Shown here in pieces: positions 10,234-19,654 of a DNA stretch of 64,000 nt. The DNA lies in NCBI GenBank assembly GCA_943369245.1, contig CALRMN020000015.1, positions 916 through 64,915 of the forward strand, in the 5' to 3' direction. The stretch comes from Synechococcus sp. UW140 (lineage in GTDB: Bacteria > Cyanobacteriota > Cyanobacteriia > PCC-6307 > Cyanobiaceae). The notes beneath the pieces were generated by a model, which saw nothing but the letters and a program-made list of their open reading frames with translations, made no database searches and had not been told where the DNA came from. Within the stretch, counting starts at the first letter, position 1. The number at the start of each line of letters is the position of its first letter. Made by a program: the position numbers and the translations under genes.

Positions 10234-11991
10234 CTAACCCTCGTCGCCCAGGCGCCGCCACTGGCTCGAATTCCGGTCCTGGGCGCCCCACACCGGCTCC
10301 TCACCCGGCCGCTCCACCCCATAGAGCTGAGGCAACTCGACCCCGAAGCCCAGGCAGCGCAACCCGTGGCGATCTCGCAGGGCACGGCACAGCGGCAGCC
10401 GGTAGGTCCCCGCTCCGATCAGCGCCAGCGTGGCCGGCTGCTGGTCCAGCAGCCGCTCCACCGCCTCCAAGCAGTGCGCCAGGCTCGCCTCGAAGCCGCC
10501 ATGGGGCCGGCGCGGATGGCGCGATTCGGGCGGTGCCAGGCAGCGCAGGCCGTGGGGGGCCACCTCCCGGCCCTGCCACAGCCGCCAGCAGCGTCCTTCC
10601 CTCCACTGCGCCTCGACCACCTCCGCCAGCGGCCCGATGTAGAGCACCTCCTGGCCCGCCAAAAGCGCCTGCAGCACCGCCAGCTCGGGCCGCCCCCCCA
10701 CCTTGGCGAAACGGCCCGAGCCGCGGCTGAGCTGCTGATGCAGGGGCAGCAGCAGCCACTCGGGCGCCTCCGCCGCGCTCCACAGCGTCACCCGCTCCAG
10801 CAGCGCCGCCTCCGCCAGCAGGGCCAGGCCGTCGTGGCACCAGGCCCGCAGGCTGGCCAGCGGATCCTCCCGGGCGGGGTAGAAGCCCAGTTCGCGCGCA
10901 AAACGGCGCAACACGTCAACCACCACCAGCTCGCCCTGCCACCACTGCCGCTTGCGCTCCCCCTGGCGCCAGAAGCCAGGATCGCGCTCGCTCTGCTCCA
11001 GGGTGTGCAAGGCAGCCGCCAGCTCGTCGTCGTCGCGCATCGCTCCCAGCTGCAGCACCGCCAGCTCGATGGCATCCAGCTCCAGCACCATCTCCTGCCC
11101 CTCAAGGCGCTGCGGCAAGCGCATCAGGCCCTGCATCGCCAGACCTGGGCCCAGGCCGGCCGCCTGCTCCATCCAGGCCGCCGACGCCCGTTGCAGCGCC
11201 GGCAGCCGCTCCGGCGGCAGTTCTTCGCCCAGGAGGGCCAGCACGGCCAGATCCGTACCCAGGCTGGTCAACGGGTGGACGATCGTCACGGACGCTGGCG
11301 CGCTCGGCGCATCCGTCGCCTGCTCCCGCAGAAAGGCGGCCAGCCGCTCCGGCGGTGGCTCCTGCTCGTTCGTCTCCAGGGCCGGCGCCAGATTGAACAG
11401 CCGCCGATCCCCGCTGGCGATCAGCTCCGCCTGGCCGGGCCTCAGCACCAGCTCAAGCCACAAAGGCTGGGCCGTTGCCAAAACCGGCGTGTTCCACTCC
11501 AGCTCCTGAAGGCTTGTGCTCACCCAGGCCGGGCAGGGTTCCAGCAGTTGCGCCAGCCGCTGAAACATCGCCAGCGCCCGCGGCTCCGCCTGCTCCCGCA
11601 CGCCGATGGCCTCCCGCCAGAGCAAGGCCCCGTGCCGCACCAGCTGCTCCTCCGCCACCGGCAACCAGCCGGGGCGCTCCAGCGGCAGGCTTCCATGGCG
11701 CTCCAGCAGCGTCGCCAGCCGCCAGCACAGCTCCGCCCGGTCTTCGGCCGCAAGGCCGCCTTCCTCAGCAGCAACGATGCGTGGATGAACCGCGCCGATC
11801 AGCGCTTGCACCAGCTTGGCGTGAGCTTCCAGGGGGATCTCGCCGCTCCCCTGGCCCGCGCTGAGGGCGTCCCGCACCAACGTCTGGGCCCGCTCCACCT
11901 GCTCCAGAGCCTGCTGCCACTCGCCCGCCTGAAGCACCGCCCGAGCCTGGCGATCACAGCGCTGGTGCTCGGCGGCGAGCGGCCGGCTCAT
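10234..11991 (-). CDS. Unknown protein with C-terminal putative GT-D-like domain; paralogue of 13859-15847
   Basis: C-terminal ALIGAGTYRLPLC...GLRCLGFG..LPQLYGV; ATG at 11991 overlaps the upstream stop (ATGA); collinear similarity to 13859-15847. Confidence 0.7.
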   Translation of the reverse strand: MSRPLAAEHQRCDRQARAVLQAGEWQQALEQVERAQTLVRDALSAGQGSGEIPLEAHAKLVQALIGAVHPRIVAAEEGGLAAEDRAELCWRLATLLERHGSLPLERPGWLPVAEEQLVRHGALLWREAIGVREQAEPRALAMFQRLAQLLEPCPAWVSTSLQELEWNTPVLATAQPLWLELVLRPGQAELIASGDRRLFNLAPALETNEQEPPPERLAAFLREQATDAPSAPASVTIVHPLTSLGTDLAVLALLGEELPPERLPALQRASAAWMEQAAGLGPGLAMQGLMRLPQRLEGQEMVLELDAIELAVLQLGAMRDDDELAAALHTLEQSERDPGFWRQGERKRQWWQGELVVVDVLRRFARELGFYPAREDPLASLRAWCHDGLALLAEAALLERVTLWSAAEAPEWLLLPLHQQLSRGSGRFAKVGGRPELAVLQALLAGQEVLYIGPLAEVVEAQWREGRCWRLWQGREVAPHGLRCLAPPESRHPRRPHGGFEASLAHCLEAVERLLDQQPATLALIGAGTYRLPLCRALRDRHGLRCLGFGVELPQLYGVERPGEEPVWGAQDRNSSQWRRLGDEG

Positions 11992-12830
11992 GCCGACGGC
12001 AACGGCAGATTCACCCACTCGGCCTGGGGTTTGAGCTGCACACGCGGCGGTGCGTCATCGAGGGCGGCACGCCGCCGCTGCAGAGCCACCCGCTTGCGCT
12101 CCAGGTCGCTCACCGCCGCCAGCCGCTCCTCCAGCCGCTGTTCAACACGGCGCTGAAGGCTCAGATCCAGCTCCGTCAGAGCCAGTCCCAACGGCGTGTG
12201 CGCCAACCGCGCCTCCGGCGCCATCGGTTGATTGGCTGCGCCAGCCTCCCGGGTGGTGTTGACCGGCCTCGCATAGGCCAGGTCCATCGCCATACCCATC
12301 CGCTCCAGCTGGTCTTCCAGCGCCAGGATCGAGTCGTCGTAGCGCTCCACCAGCCCCACGAAAAGATCCTTGCGGCTCAGATCGATCAGCTCCGGCCGGG
12401 CGGCCCAGCCCCGGCGCAGCACCCAGTCGCCAGGCTCCTGGGGCGAGAGGTGCCGGGTCTGGAAATTCGCCAGGGTTCCCCGCTGCAGGCCCTCCAGATA
12501 CTCGCGGAACGGCACCGGTTGCGCCGTCTTCTGCACCTGGGTCTGGAAACGGTAGGCCGAGGCGATGCGCTCGATCGGCTCCCGCAGGAAGGCCACCTTC
12601 AGTGCGGCGACCGCCCCCGGGGGCGGCAGGCAGATCAGATGGGAGGTGATCGCCTGGGGCTGGCGACCCAGGGTGGCCAGGTAATCCCGCGCCAGCCGCC
12701 AGTCGAGCCGGTCACCGGCCCCCGGGGATTCGAGGTAGAGCACATCTCCCTTCGTGGCCCGCTCCAGCGACCAGATGAAGGTGCTTCCCGCGCACTTGAA
12801 GCCGTGGAGGTGGAGGAGGTTGGCGAGCAC
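11988..12830 (-). CDS. Sulfotransferase family 2-like protein
   Basis: HLHGFKCAGSTF, FLREPIERIASAY, FVGLVERYDDS. Confidence 0.8.
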   Translation of the reverse strand: MLANLLHLHGFKCAGSTFIWSLERATKGDVLYLESPGAGDRLDWRLARDYLATLGRQPQAITSHLICLPPPGAVAALKVAFLREPIERIASAYRFQTQVQKTAQPVPFREYLEGLQRGTLANFQTRHLSPQEPGDWVLRRGWAARPELIDLSRKDLFVGLVERYDDSILALEDQLERMGMAMDLAYARPVNTTREAGAANQPMAPEARLAHTPLGLALTELDLSLQRRVEQRLEERLAAVSDLERKRVALQRRRAALDDAPPRVQLKPQAEWVNLPLPSA

Positions 12831-12842
12831 CCGCGCCGGTTC

Positions 12843-13862
12843 TTAATCGTTAGACAATAAGGAATGGTCTTCACGTCGGGGCGGCACGGGATCAGCGTTG
12901 AACCGCCGCACCAGCTCGGCGGCGGCGGAATAGTCGGCCGCAGCGATCTTGCGCGCCATCAGACGGTCGCCCGTGGCAAGGATCGCCGGGATCTCCTCGA
13001 GCGGGATCCGTTGCGGCCCCCCCTGCCGGTGGCGCAGATTGTCCGGACACATCGCGGCCAGAAAGGGATTCTCCGGGCTGTACAGGGTCATCGCGAAGAT
13101 CAGTTCGTCGGTGCAGAAGCAACCCGCCATGAACTTCAGCGCCCGCTCCAGGATGGTCGACCCCAGCAGCCACTCCACGATCGAGCGGTGCAGCACCAGC
13201 CAGCTGCGGCCGTAGCGCAACGGCTGCTCCGCCAGGAACCGCGCCCGCTGCTCCAGTTCAGCGGGGCTGAGCGGCCGCACCCAGTAGGTGTTCTTCTCCA
13301 CTTCGGTGTACATCAGCCCCACCCGCTGACCGATGTTCCGGGCCGGATCCAGCCGCTTCTCCTCCACCATCTCCTTCAGGCAGGGATCCACCAGCAGCCG
13401 CGCCCGCCCGTACACCTCGTGGCTGAAGCACCGCTTCGGGGCCGCCGGTTCCATCTGGCTGGAGATCCAGGCCAGCGGCTTGCCCAGTCGGTAGCAGTCG
13501 CAGAAGCCCAGCCATCCCTGGGCGGCCTGCTCTTCAAGCAGCTGTTGCGCCCAGGCAGGGCTGCGCAGGGGCAGACAACTGCCGGAGGCATTGATGAAGT
13601 ACGTCCAGTCCGGCAGCTGCAGGGCCCGGTCCATGGCCTCGATCATCTCGGTGTGAATCCCAGTCCCCGACCAGGAGACGGAAGGCGAGCGCCGCAGGCT
13701 CAGGGCAGGACCCTGGTTGCCCAGCGCAGAGCTCAGGTTCTCCAGAGCCCCATCGGCGGCATCGAAGCTGACATCGATCGAGACGCCGGGCCCTTCGAGA
13801 AGACTCACCAGCTGGGGCAGGTTCGCACCCGCGCCGTGGTCCTGGATCGCGTAGTGGATCAT
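12843..13862 (-). CDS. Core-2/I-branching (GT14) beta-1,6-glycosyltransferase-like protein
   Basis: MIHYAIQDH start (ATGA overlap at 13859-13862), YFINASGS.LPL, GRSWLVLHRSIVEWL, TDELIF, MARKI. Confidence 0.75.
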   Translation of the reverse strand: MIHYAIQDHGAGANLPQLVSLLEGPGVSIDVSFDAADGALENLSSALGNQGPALSLRRSPSVSWSGTGIHTEMIEAMDRALQLPDWTYFINASGSCLPLRSPAWAQQLLEEQAAQGWLGFCDCYRLGKPLAWISSQMEPAAPKRCFSHEVYGRARLLVDPCLKEMVEEKRLDPARNIGQRVGLMYTEVEKNTYWVRPLSPAELEQRARFLAEQPLRYGRSWLVLHRSIVEWLLGSTILERALKFMAGCFCTDELIFAMTLYSPENPFLAAMCPDNLRHRQGGPQRIPLEEIPAILATGDRLMARKIAAADYSAAAELVRRFNADPVPPRREDHSLLSND

Positions 13863-15847
13863 GCGGCCACGGTGCGCCAGTGCTCGCTGATCCGGCTGGC
13901 GGAGCGCCAATCGCCGCCGCCCTCCGGCTCCACGCCGAAGTAGGCGTTCATGCGGTCGCCGCTGCACAGGCAGCTCACCCCGTAGATCCGGTTCACGGCT
14001 TCACAAAGCGGCAATCCGTAGGCGCCGCAGGCGGCCACGAACACCCGGAACGGGCGCTGCCGGTGCAGAGCCTCGATGCGCTCAAGGCACTCGTCCAGGC
14101 TGGCCCCGAAGTCGGCGGCCGGACGCTGCGGATAGCGCGACAGCGGCGCCTGCACGCAGCGCAGGCCGTAGGGGGCGATCGGCAGGTCGGTGAACAGCTC
14201 GAAGGAATGGCCGCTGCGGTGCTGCTCCTCCACCTGGGCCGCCAGAGTGGTGGCGGCCACCACCTCCTTGCCGGCCAGGAACCGGTAGATGGCCGCATCC
14301 GAGGGCCACTGGAACAGCTCGGGCACCCGGCCGGTGTTCTCGAAGAGCTTCTGGGCCACCGGATAGAAGCCCGTGCTGGCGGCCGATCCGGCCACCTGAC
14401 CGCCCAGCAGAGCCTGCAGCACCTTCTGGCTCCACTGCTGCAGGCTCTCCAGCGGGGCGTGGCCGCTGGCATAGAAGCCCGCCTGCGTGTGCAGCCGGCG
14501 CAGGATCTCCTCCCTGTCAGCACTGCCGTCCGGACCCGGCGCGCCAGGCCGTGCCATCCAGCCCGGGTCGAGGTGGCGGCGGCGGATCTCGGCCATCACC
14601 TCCTCCAGAGCCCCGGCCTCGAACAACACCGCATGCAGGGCGGCCAGCTCCAGAGCCTCCGGGGCCAGCACACTCAGGCCCTCCCGCAGCTCCGCCGCCG
14701 CGAAGCTGGAGGCCAGCGGCCGCGAACCCAGGGCCCCGGGGCCGCCGCAACGGTTCCAGGTGGCCGTGGCCTCCGCCAGCCGCCGGAAGGCGGCCTGGCT
14801 CAGTGTGTCTCCCTGACGCCAGAGCAGGCCAAGGGCGTCGTAGAGGCTGCTGCTGGGCTCCCGCAGGGTGAAGCCAGGCCCCCGCTGCTGGTCGCGGATC
14901 GGGGCGAAGAAGGCCTGCACGAGCCGATCCAGCGCCTCCGGATCCGCCAGGTTGAGCAGGGGCGCCAGGTTGAGATCGAGCCGCTGGCCGTCGTGGGGCA
15001 CCACCCGCGCCCCCGGCACGCACACCAGCCGCAGCTCCGCCGGCACCGTGCCGGCGGGATTGTCCTCCAGCCAGTGCACCACGCTCTCGCGGATCTTCTC
15101 CTCCAGGTCATCGGCGTCGGCCGCCGCGGGCTGGGGGGATGGCGGCGGCAGCAGGGCGGCGAGTTTCGCCTCGAGGCCGGGATCTGATAAGTCCACCTGG
15201 GCCAGCTGCCCCTGCCAGAGGCGCAGCCGCTCGCAAGTGTCCTCATCGAGCGGGCCGGCCGCCGCCAGACGCTCGGCAGCGTCGAGCTCCTCCCGCAGCA
15301 GATCCCGCGCGAAGCCAACCATCCAGGGCTTGGGCGGCGCATGCAGGCCGCAGAGCCGCAGCAGCAGAGCGAGGGCCCGGGGCCGTGCCTCGGCGCAGTC
15401 GGGATCGTCGCGATGGCGATCCACCCACAGCTGCGACCCGATACGCGTGAGTTGTTCCTCCAGGGGAGGCAGCCAATGGGGCAGCTCCCGGCCGCGGCTG
15501 CGCAGCCGGTCGATCAGCACCGGCACCTGCCAGCAGAGCTCGGCCCGCTCCGCCGGGCTGGCCGCCCCGTCGTCGCTCCGCCGCACCCGTCCGGCAATCG
15601 CCGCCAGCAGCTGGGCCAGCATCTCCGCCTCCTCGGCCTCCAGGGCCTGCCGCCCCTCGGCCAGGGCCACCCACAGCCAGCCGTAGGAGCGCAGCACATC
15701 CGGGATCAGCGCCAGGGCGCGGGCGTCGTCTCCCCGCTCCAGAGCCTCGAGCGTGTCGATCACCAGCTGGCGCGAGCGGGTGAACAGCTCCTCCGGCCCA
15801 TCCGCCGTGTCCTTGCTCTCCAAAGGGGTGGTCTCCAGTGGGGTCAC
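13859..15847 (-). CDS. Unknown protein with C-terminal putative GT-D-like domain; first gene of the leftward operon
   Basis: C-terminal FVAACGAYGLPLC...GVSCLCSG..MNAYFGV; paralogue of 10234-11991. Confidence 0.72.
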   Translation of the reverse strand: MTPLETTPLESKDTADGPEELFTRSRQLVIDTLEALERGDDARALALIPDVLRSYGWLWVALAEGRQALEAEEAEMLAQLLAAIAGRVRRSDDGAASPAERAELCWQVPVLIDRLRSRGRELPHWLPPLEEQLTRIGSQLWVDRHRDDPDCAEARPRALALLLRLCGLHAPPKPWMVGFARDLLREELDAAERLAAAGPLDEDTCERLRLWQGQLAQVDLSDPGLEAKLAALLPPPSPQPAAADADDLEEKIRESVVHWLEDNPAGTVPAELRLVCVPGARVVPHDGQRLDLNLAPLLNLADPEALDRLVQAFFAPIRDQQRGPGFTLREPSSSLYDALGLLWRQGDTLSQAAFRRLAEATATWNRCGGPGALGSRPLASSFAAAELREGLSVLAPEALELAALHAVLFEAGALEEVMAEIRRRHLDPGWMARPGAPGPDGSADREEILRRLHTQAGFYASGHAPLESLQQWSQKVLQALLGGQVAGSAASTGFYPVAQKLFENTGRVPELFQWPSDAAIYRFLAGKEVVAATTLAAQVEEQHRSGHSFELFTDLPIAPYGLRCVQAPLSRYPQRPAADFGASLDECLERIEALHRQRPFRVFVAACGAYGLPLCEAVNRIYGVSCLCSGDRMNAYFGVEPEGGGDWRSASRISEHWRTVAA

Positions 15848-15977
15848 TCCGGCGCCGGCTCTCTGGCCCGCATTGTGGGCGGATGATCCGGATGCTGATG
15901 TCTTCGCTTGAGCAGCTTGCGTCCTCAGCCAGGGAAAGACGACCTAGTTTCTGAGCCTCGACCCTGACACTCGCCCC

Positions 15978-18857
15978 GTGCCGCTGAACCTGCCCCCGCC
16001 GTTGCAGGCCATGGCCCGCGGATCGGTGATCGGTGGGTTCGAGGGATTCGCTCCCGATGGCACCCTGGGCGGCTGGGCCTGCCCCCTGGCCGATCAGCCC
16101 GACGGAGCGCCCCCCCTGAGCGTGCTGCTCCAGGTGGAGGATCTGCTCAACCCCGGCCGCATCTGGAGTCTGGGAGCCGCGGAAGCCTCGCTGCCCCGCC
16201 CCGATCTCGTCCAGCAGGGGCTTGCCCGGAGCTGCGGCTTCGCCTTCCCGGGCCGCAGTGGCATGGAGATCCCCCCCCGCTCCACCGGCCTGGTGCTGCG
16301 CGCCCTCGTGCAGGGCGATCCCGCCGTGGAGCTGCCCGGAAGCCCCCTCCGCCTCGACGACGCCCGCTACCGGGCCCTCGAGCAGCTCGGCCGCCGCGCC
16401 GCCGGCCGCTCCGTGCGCCTCGACGCCCTGAGTGGCCCCTTCGTGGTGGGCTGGGCGCCCCCTGGCCAGGAGCTGGAACTGCGCCTCGATGGGGTGCCTG
16501 CCGGCCGGGCCAGCGCCAGGCCCGACGGGCAGTTCCATCTGCCCCTGCCCGCCGCCAGCTGCGATGGCCGTCCTCACCATCTCGCCATCCACGACGGCGA
16601 GGGGGTGCTGCGGGCCGAGAGCCTGGAGATCACCCCCTTCCAGCTCACCCCCTGGTCGGCCCTCCAGGACCATGGCCGGCCGCCCTTCCCCGACCAGCTC
16701 AACCCCCTGGCCCGGGAGCACCTCCGCAGCCTCACCACCTGGCTGCACTGGGCCGACACCCACGGCACCCCCCTGCCCGCCGACCTGCCCCTGCTGCAGC
16801 GGCTGCTGAGCGGACCCATCAGCCCCCCCGCCAACGCCGCCCCCGGCGAGGAGGCCGGGCCCCAGGGCGTGCCGGTGGCCCGCCAGCCGATCCACCTGCC
16901 GCTCAGCGCCGAACCCCTGGTGTCGGTGGTGGTGCCGGCCCACAACCAGTACGCCGTCACGCGCCGCTGTCTGGCCGCCCTGGCCTACGCCCCCACCCGC
17001 GTGCCCTTCGAGCTGATCGTCGTCGACGACGGCTCCTCCGACGGCACCGCCGAAGCCCTGAGCCGGGAGGCACCAGGCGTGCAGATGATCCGCCACGACT
17101 ACGCCCGCGGCTTCAACCAGGCCTGCCACAGCGGCGTGGCCGCCGCCCGCGGCAGCTTCATCGTGCTGCTCAACAACGACACCGAGCCCTGTGCCCTCTG
17201 GCTGGAGGAGCTGCTCGAGCCGTTCCAGCGCTGGCCCGACACCGGCATGACCGGCTCCCAGCTGCTCTATCCCGACGGACGGCTGCAGGAGGCCGGCGGC
17301 ATCGTCTGGGGCAATGGCGAACCCTGGAACTACGGGCGGGGGCGCAATCCCCATGAACCGGGCGTGAGCTACACCCGCCAGGTGGACTACGTGAGTGGTG
17401 CCGCCCTCGCCCTGCGGCGGGAGCTCTGGGGGCAGCTGGGCGGCTTCAGCCCTGAGTTCTCCCCCGCCTACTACGAGGACACCGATCTGGCCTTCAAGGT
17501 GCGCCAGGCCGGCCTGGTGGTGCGCTACGCCCCCCTCTCCCGGGTGATCCACCACGAGGGCCTCAGCTGCGGCACTGACACCAATCCCGAGACCAGCGAG
17601 GGCCTCAAGCGCTTCCAGACCCTGCATGGGCCCACGTTCCAGCGCAAGTGGCAGCACGCCTTCGAGGGGGAGAAGGAGCCCTCCTTCGAGGCCGCCGAGC
17701 GGATCAAGGACCGGGGCATCCTCGGCCGTGCCCTCTTCATCGATCACGCCACCCCACGCCCCGACCGGGATGCCGGCAGCCATGCCGCCCTGGCCGAGAT
17801 GGACCTGGTCCAGGCCCTCGGCTACAAGATCACCTTCCTGCCGGCCAACCTGGCCTGGCTCGGCACCTACACCGAGGAGCTGCAGCGCCGCGGCATCGAG
17901 GTGATCCATGCCCCCTTCGTGCTCTCCCTCGACCAGTTCCTCAGGGAGCGCGGCCGCGAATTCGACCTCATCTATCTCACCCGCTACACCACTGTGCGCG
18001 ACAGCCTGCCCCTGCTCAAGGAGCATGCCCCCCAGGCCCGGCTGATCTTCTGCAACGCCGACCTCCACTACCTGCGCGAGCTGCGCCAGGCCCAGAACGC
18101 CGGGCTCAGCGGCGAGCCCGGCGAAGCAGCCCTGGCCTCCGTGCGTGAAACCCGCCGCCAGGAGCTCGAGGCGATGGCCGGGGTCGACCTCACCCTCACC
18201 TACAGCGAGATCGAGCAGGCGGTGATCGCCGCCGAGACCCTCGGCCAGGCCGCCACCTCCCTCTGCCCCTGGGTGGTGGACCTGGTGGAACAGCCCTCAC
18301 CCCTGGTCAGCCGCAGCGGCATCACCTTCCTTGGTAGCTACCAGCACCCACCCAACCAGGACGCCGTGGAAAGCTTCCTCGGAGATGTCTGGCCCCTGCT
18401 GAACGAGCGTCTGCCCGAACTCGAGTTCCATCTCTATGGCAGCGGGCTGGGCCCCGAGCTGCAGGAGAGGTGGCAGTCCATCCAGGGGGTGCGGGTGCAC
18501 GGCTGGGTCACCGACGCCAGCTCGGTCTACGAGCGCCACCGGGTCTTCATCGCGCCGCTGCGCTCCGGCGCCGGCATCAAGGGCAAGGTGATCGCCGCCC
18601 TCGCCCACGGCATTCCCCAGGTGCTCAGCCCGGTGGCCGCCGAAGCCACCGGCTTGCGCCACGGTGCCGAGGCCTTCATCGCCCGCGAGCCCGAGGCCTG
18701 GTGCGCTGCCATCACCGACCTGATCGTCGACGACGGCCTCTGGAGCCGCACCAGCGAGGCCGCCCGTGACCACGCCCGGGCCCACTTCTCCCGCGGCCAC
18801 GGCCTCGATCTGATGGCCACCGCACTCGAGCGTCTCTCCCTGCCCTGCCGGCGATGA
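15978..18857 (+). CDS. Bifunctional GT2 + GT4 glycosyltransferase
   Basis: GT2: VSVVVPAHN, ELIVVDDGSSD, VLLNNDTE, LQEAGG, PAYYEDTDL. GT4-like: PDRDAGS, PPNQDAV, PLRSGAGIKGKVIAALAHGIPQV. GTG start. Confidence 0.92.
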   Translation: MPLNLPPPLQAMARGSVIGGFEGFAPDGTLGGWACPLADQPDGAPPLSVLLQVEDLLNPGRIWSLGAAEASLPRPDLVQQGLARSCGFAFPGRSGMEIPPRSTGLVLRALVQGDPAVELPGSPLRLDDARYRALEQLGRRAAGRSVRLDALSGPFVVGWAPPGQELELRLDGVPAGRASARPDGQFHLPLPAASCDGRPHHLAIHDGEGVLRAESLEITPFQLTPWSALQDHGRPPFPDQLNPLAREHLRSLTTWLHWADTHGTPLPADLPLLQRLLSGPISPPANAAPGEEAGPQGVPVARQPIHLPLSAEPLVSVVVPAHNQYAVTRRCLAALAYAPTRVPFELIVVDDGSSDGTAEALSREAPGVQMIRHDYARGFNQACHSGVAAARGSFIVLLNNDTEPCALWLEELLEPFQRWPDTGMTGSQLLYPDGRLQEAGGIVWGNGEPWNYGRGRNPHEPGVSYTRQVDYVSGAALALRRELWGQLGGFSPEFSPAYYEDTDLAFKVRQAGLVVRYAPLSRVIHHEGLSCGTDTNPETSEGLKRFQTLHGPTFQRKWQHAFEGEKEPSFEAAERIKDRGILGRALFIDHATPRPDRDAGSHAALAEMDLVQALGYKITFLPANLAWLGTYTEELQRRGIEVIHAPFVLSLDQFLRERGREFDLIYLTRYTTVRDSLPLLKEHAPQARLIFCNADLHYLRELRQAQNAGLSGEPGEAALASVRETRRQELEAMAGVDLTLTYSEIEQAVIAAETLGQAATSLCPWVVDLVEQPSPLVSRSGITFLGSYQHPPNQDAVESFLGDVWPLLNERLPELEFHLYGSGLGPELQERWQSIQGVRVHGWVTDASSVYERHRVFIAPLRSGAGIKGKVIAALAHGIPQVLSPVAAEATGLRHGAEAFIAREPEAWCAAITDLIVDDGLWSRTSEAARDHARAHFSRGHGLDLMATALERLSLPCRR

Positions 18858-19654
18858 GCACCACTCACCTCTCCGGTGTCAGGCCGCCCGCCCTGATCGC
18901 CATCTCCCCCCGCAAGCCCCTGCTCTCGGTGGACGAAACCAACCGCCTGCTGCGCCAGCAGGGGGTCTGCCTGGCCCTGGCCCAGGGGGTGGTGCTCGAT
19001 CGGGTCGTGCAGAGCATCAGCCTCAGCGACGACGAGGAGAATGCCCTGATGCGCGCCTACCTGGAGGGTGAAGGCGTCAAGGACGACCAGTCCCTGGCTT
19101 CCTGGCTGGCCCGCAAGGGCTGGTCGACGGCCGATCTGCGCTACTTCGCCACCAAGGCCGAACGGCTGCGTCGCTACAGCCAGGCCCGCTACGGCAGCGA
19201 AGCGGAGATCCGCTTTCTCGATCGCAAGCTCGATCTCGACCAAGTCACCTATTCCCTCCTGCGCGTCTCCGACCGCGACGAGGCCGAGGAGCTCTACCTG
19301 CAGCTGCGCGAAGGCGAGGCCGACTTCGCCGCCCTGGTGGCCGCCCATTCCGAGGGCCGCGAGCGCATCACCCGCGGCCTGATCGGCCCGATCGCCCTCA
19401 CCGCCGGCCACCCCAGCCTCACCGAGCGGCTGCGGGTGGGCAGCCCCGGCCAGCTCTGGCCGCCCTTCGAAGTGGCCGGATGGTGGCTGTTGGTGCGGCT
19501 CGAGCAGCGCTTTCCTGCTCAACTCGACGACGCCATGCGCGTCCGCATGGTGGACGAACTCTTCCAGGTCTGGTTCAAGGAGCAGGTGAGCCTGCTGATG
19601 GCCGGCGAAGACCTCATGCCCCTGCCCCGCGATCCCAACGCCCCGTCCGCATGA
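18854..19654 (+). CDS. PpiC/parvulin-type peptidyl-prolyl isomerase (T1SS-associated)
   Basis: VTYSLLRV, ADFAALVAAHSEG.E, GLIGPI, GQLWPPFEVAGWWLLVRLE; ATGA overlaps at both ends. Confidence 0.85.
   Translation: MSTTHLSGVRPPALIAISPRKPLLSVDETNRLLRQQGVCLALAQGVVLDRVVQSISLSDDEENALMRAYLEGEGVKDDQSLASWLARKGWSTADLRYFATKAERLRRYSQARYGSEAEIRFLDRKLDLDQVTYSLLRVSDRDEAEELYLQLREGEADFAALVAAHSEGRERITRGLIGPIALTAGHPSLTERLRVGSPGQLWPPFEVAGWWLLVRLEQRFPAQLDDAMRVRMVDELFQVWFKEQVSLLMAGEDLMPLPRDPNAPSA

Noticed and set aside
19480-19650. ORF-track start for hlyB
   Set aside because: Overlaps the PPIase gene; ATG 19651 gives a clean ATGA coupling
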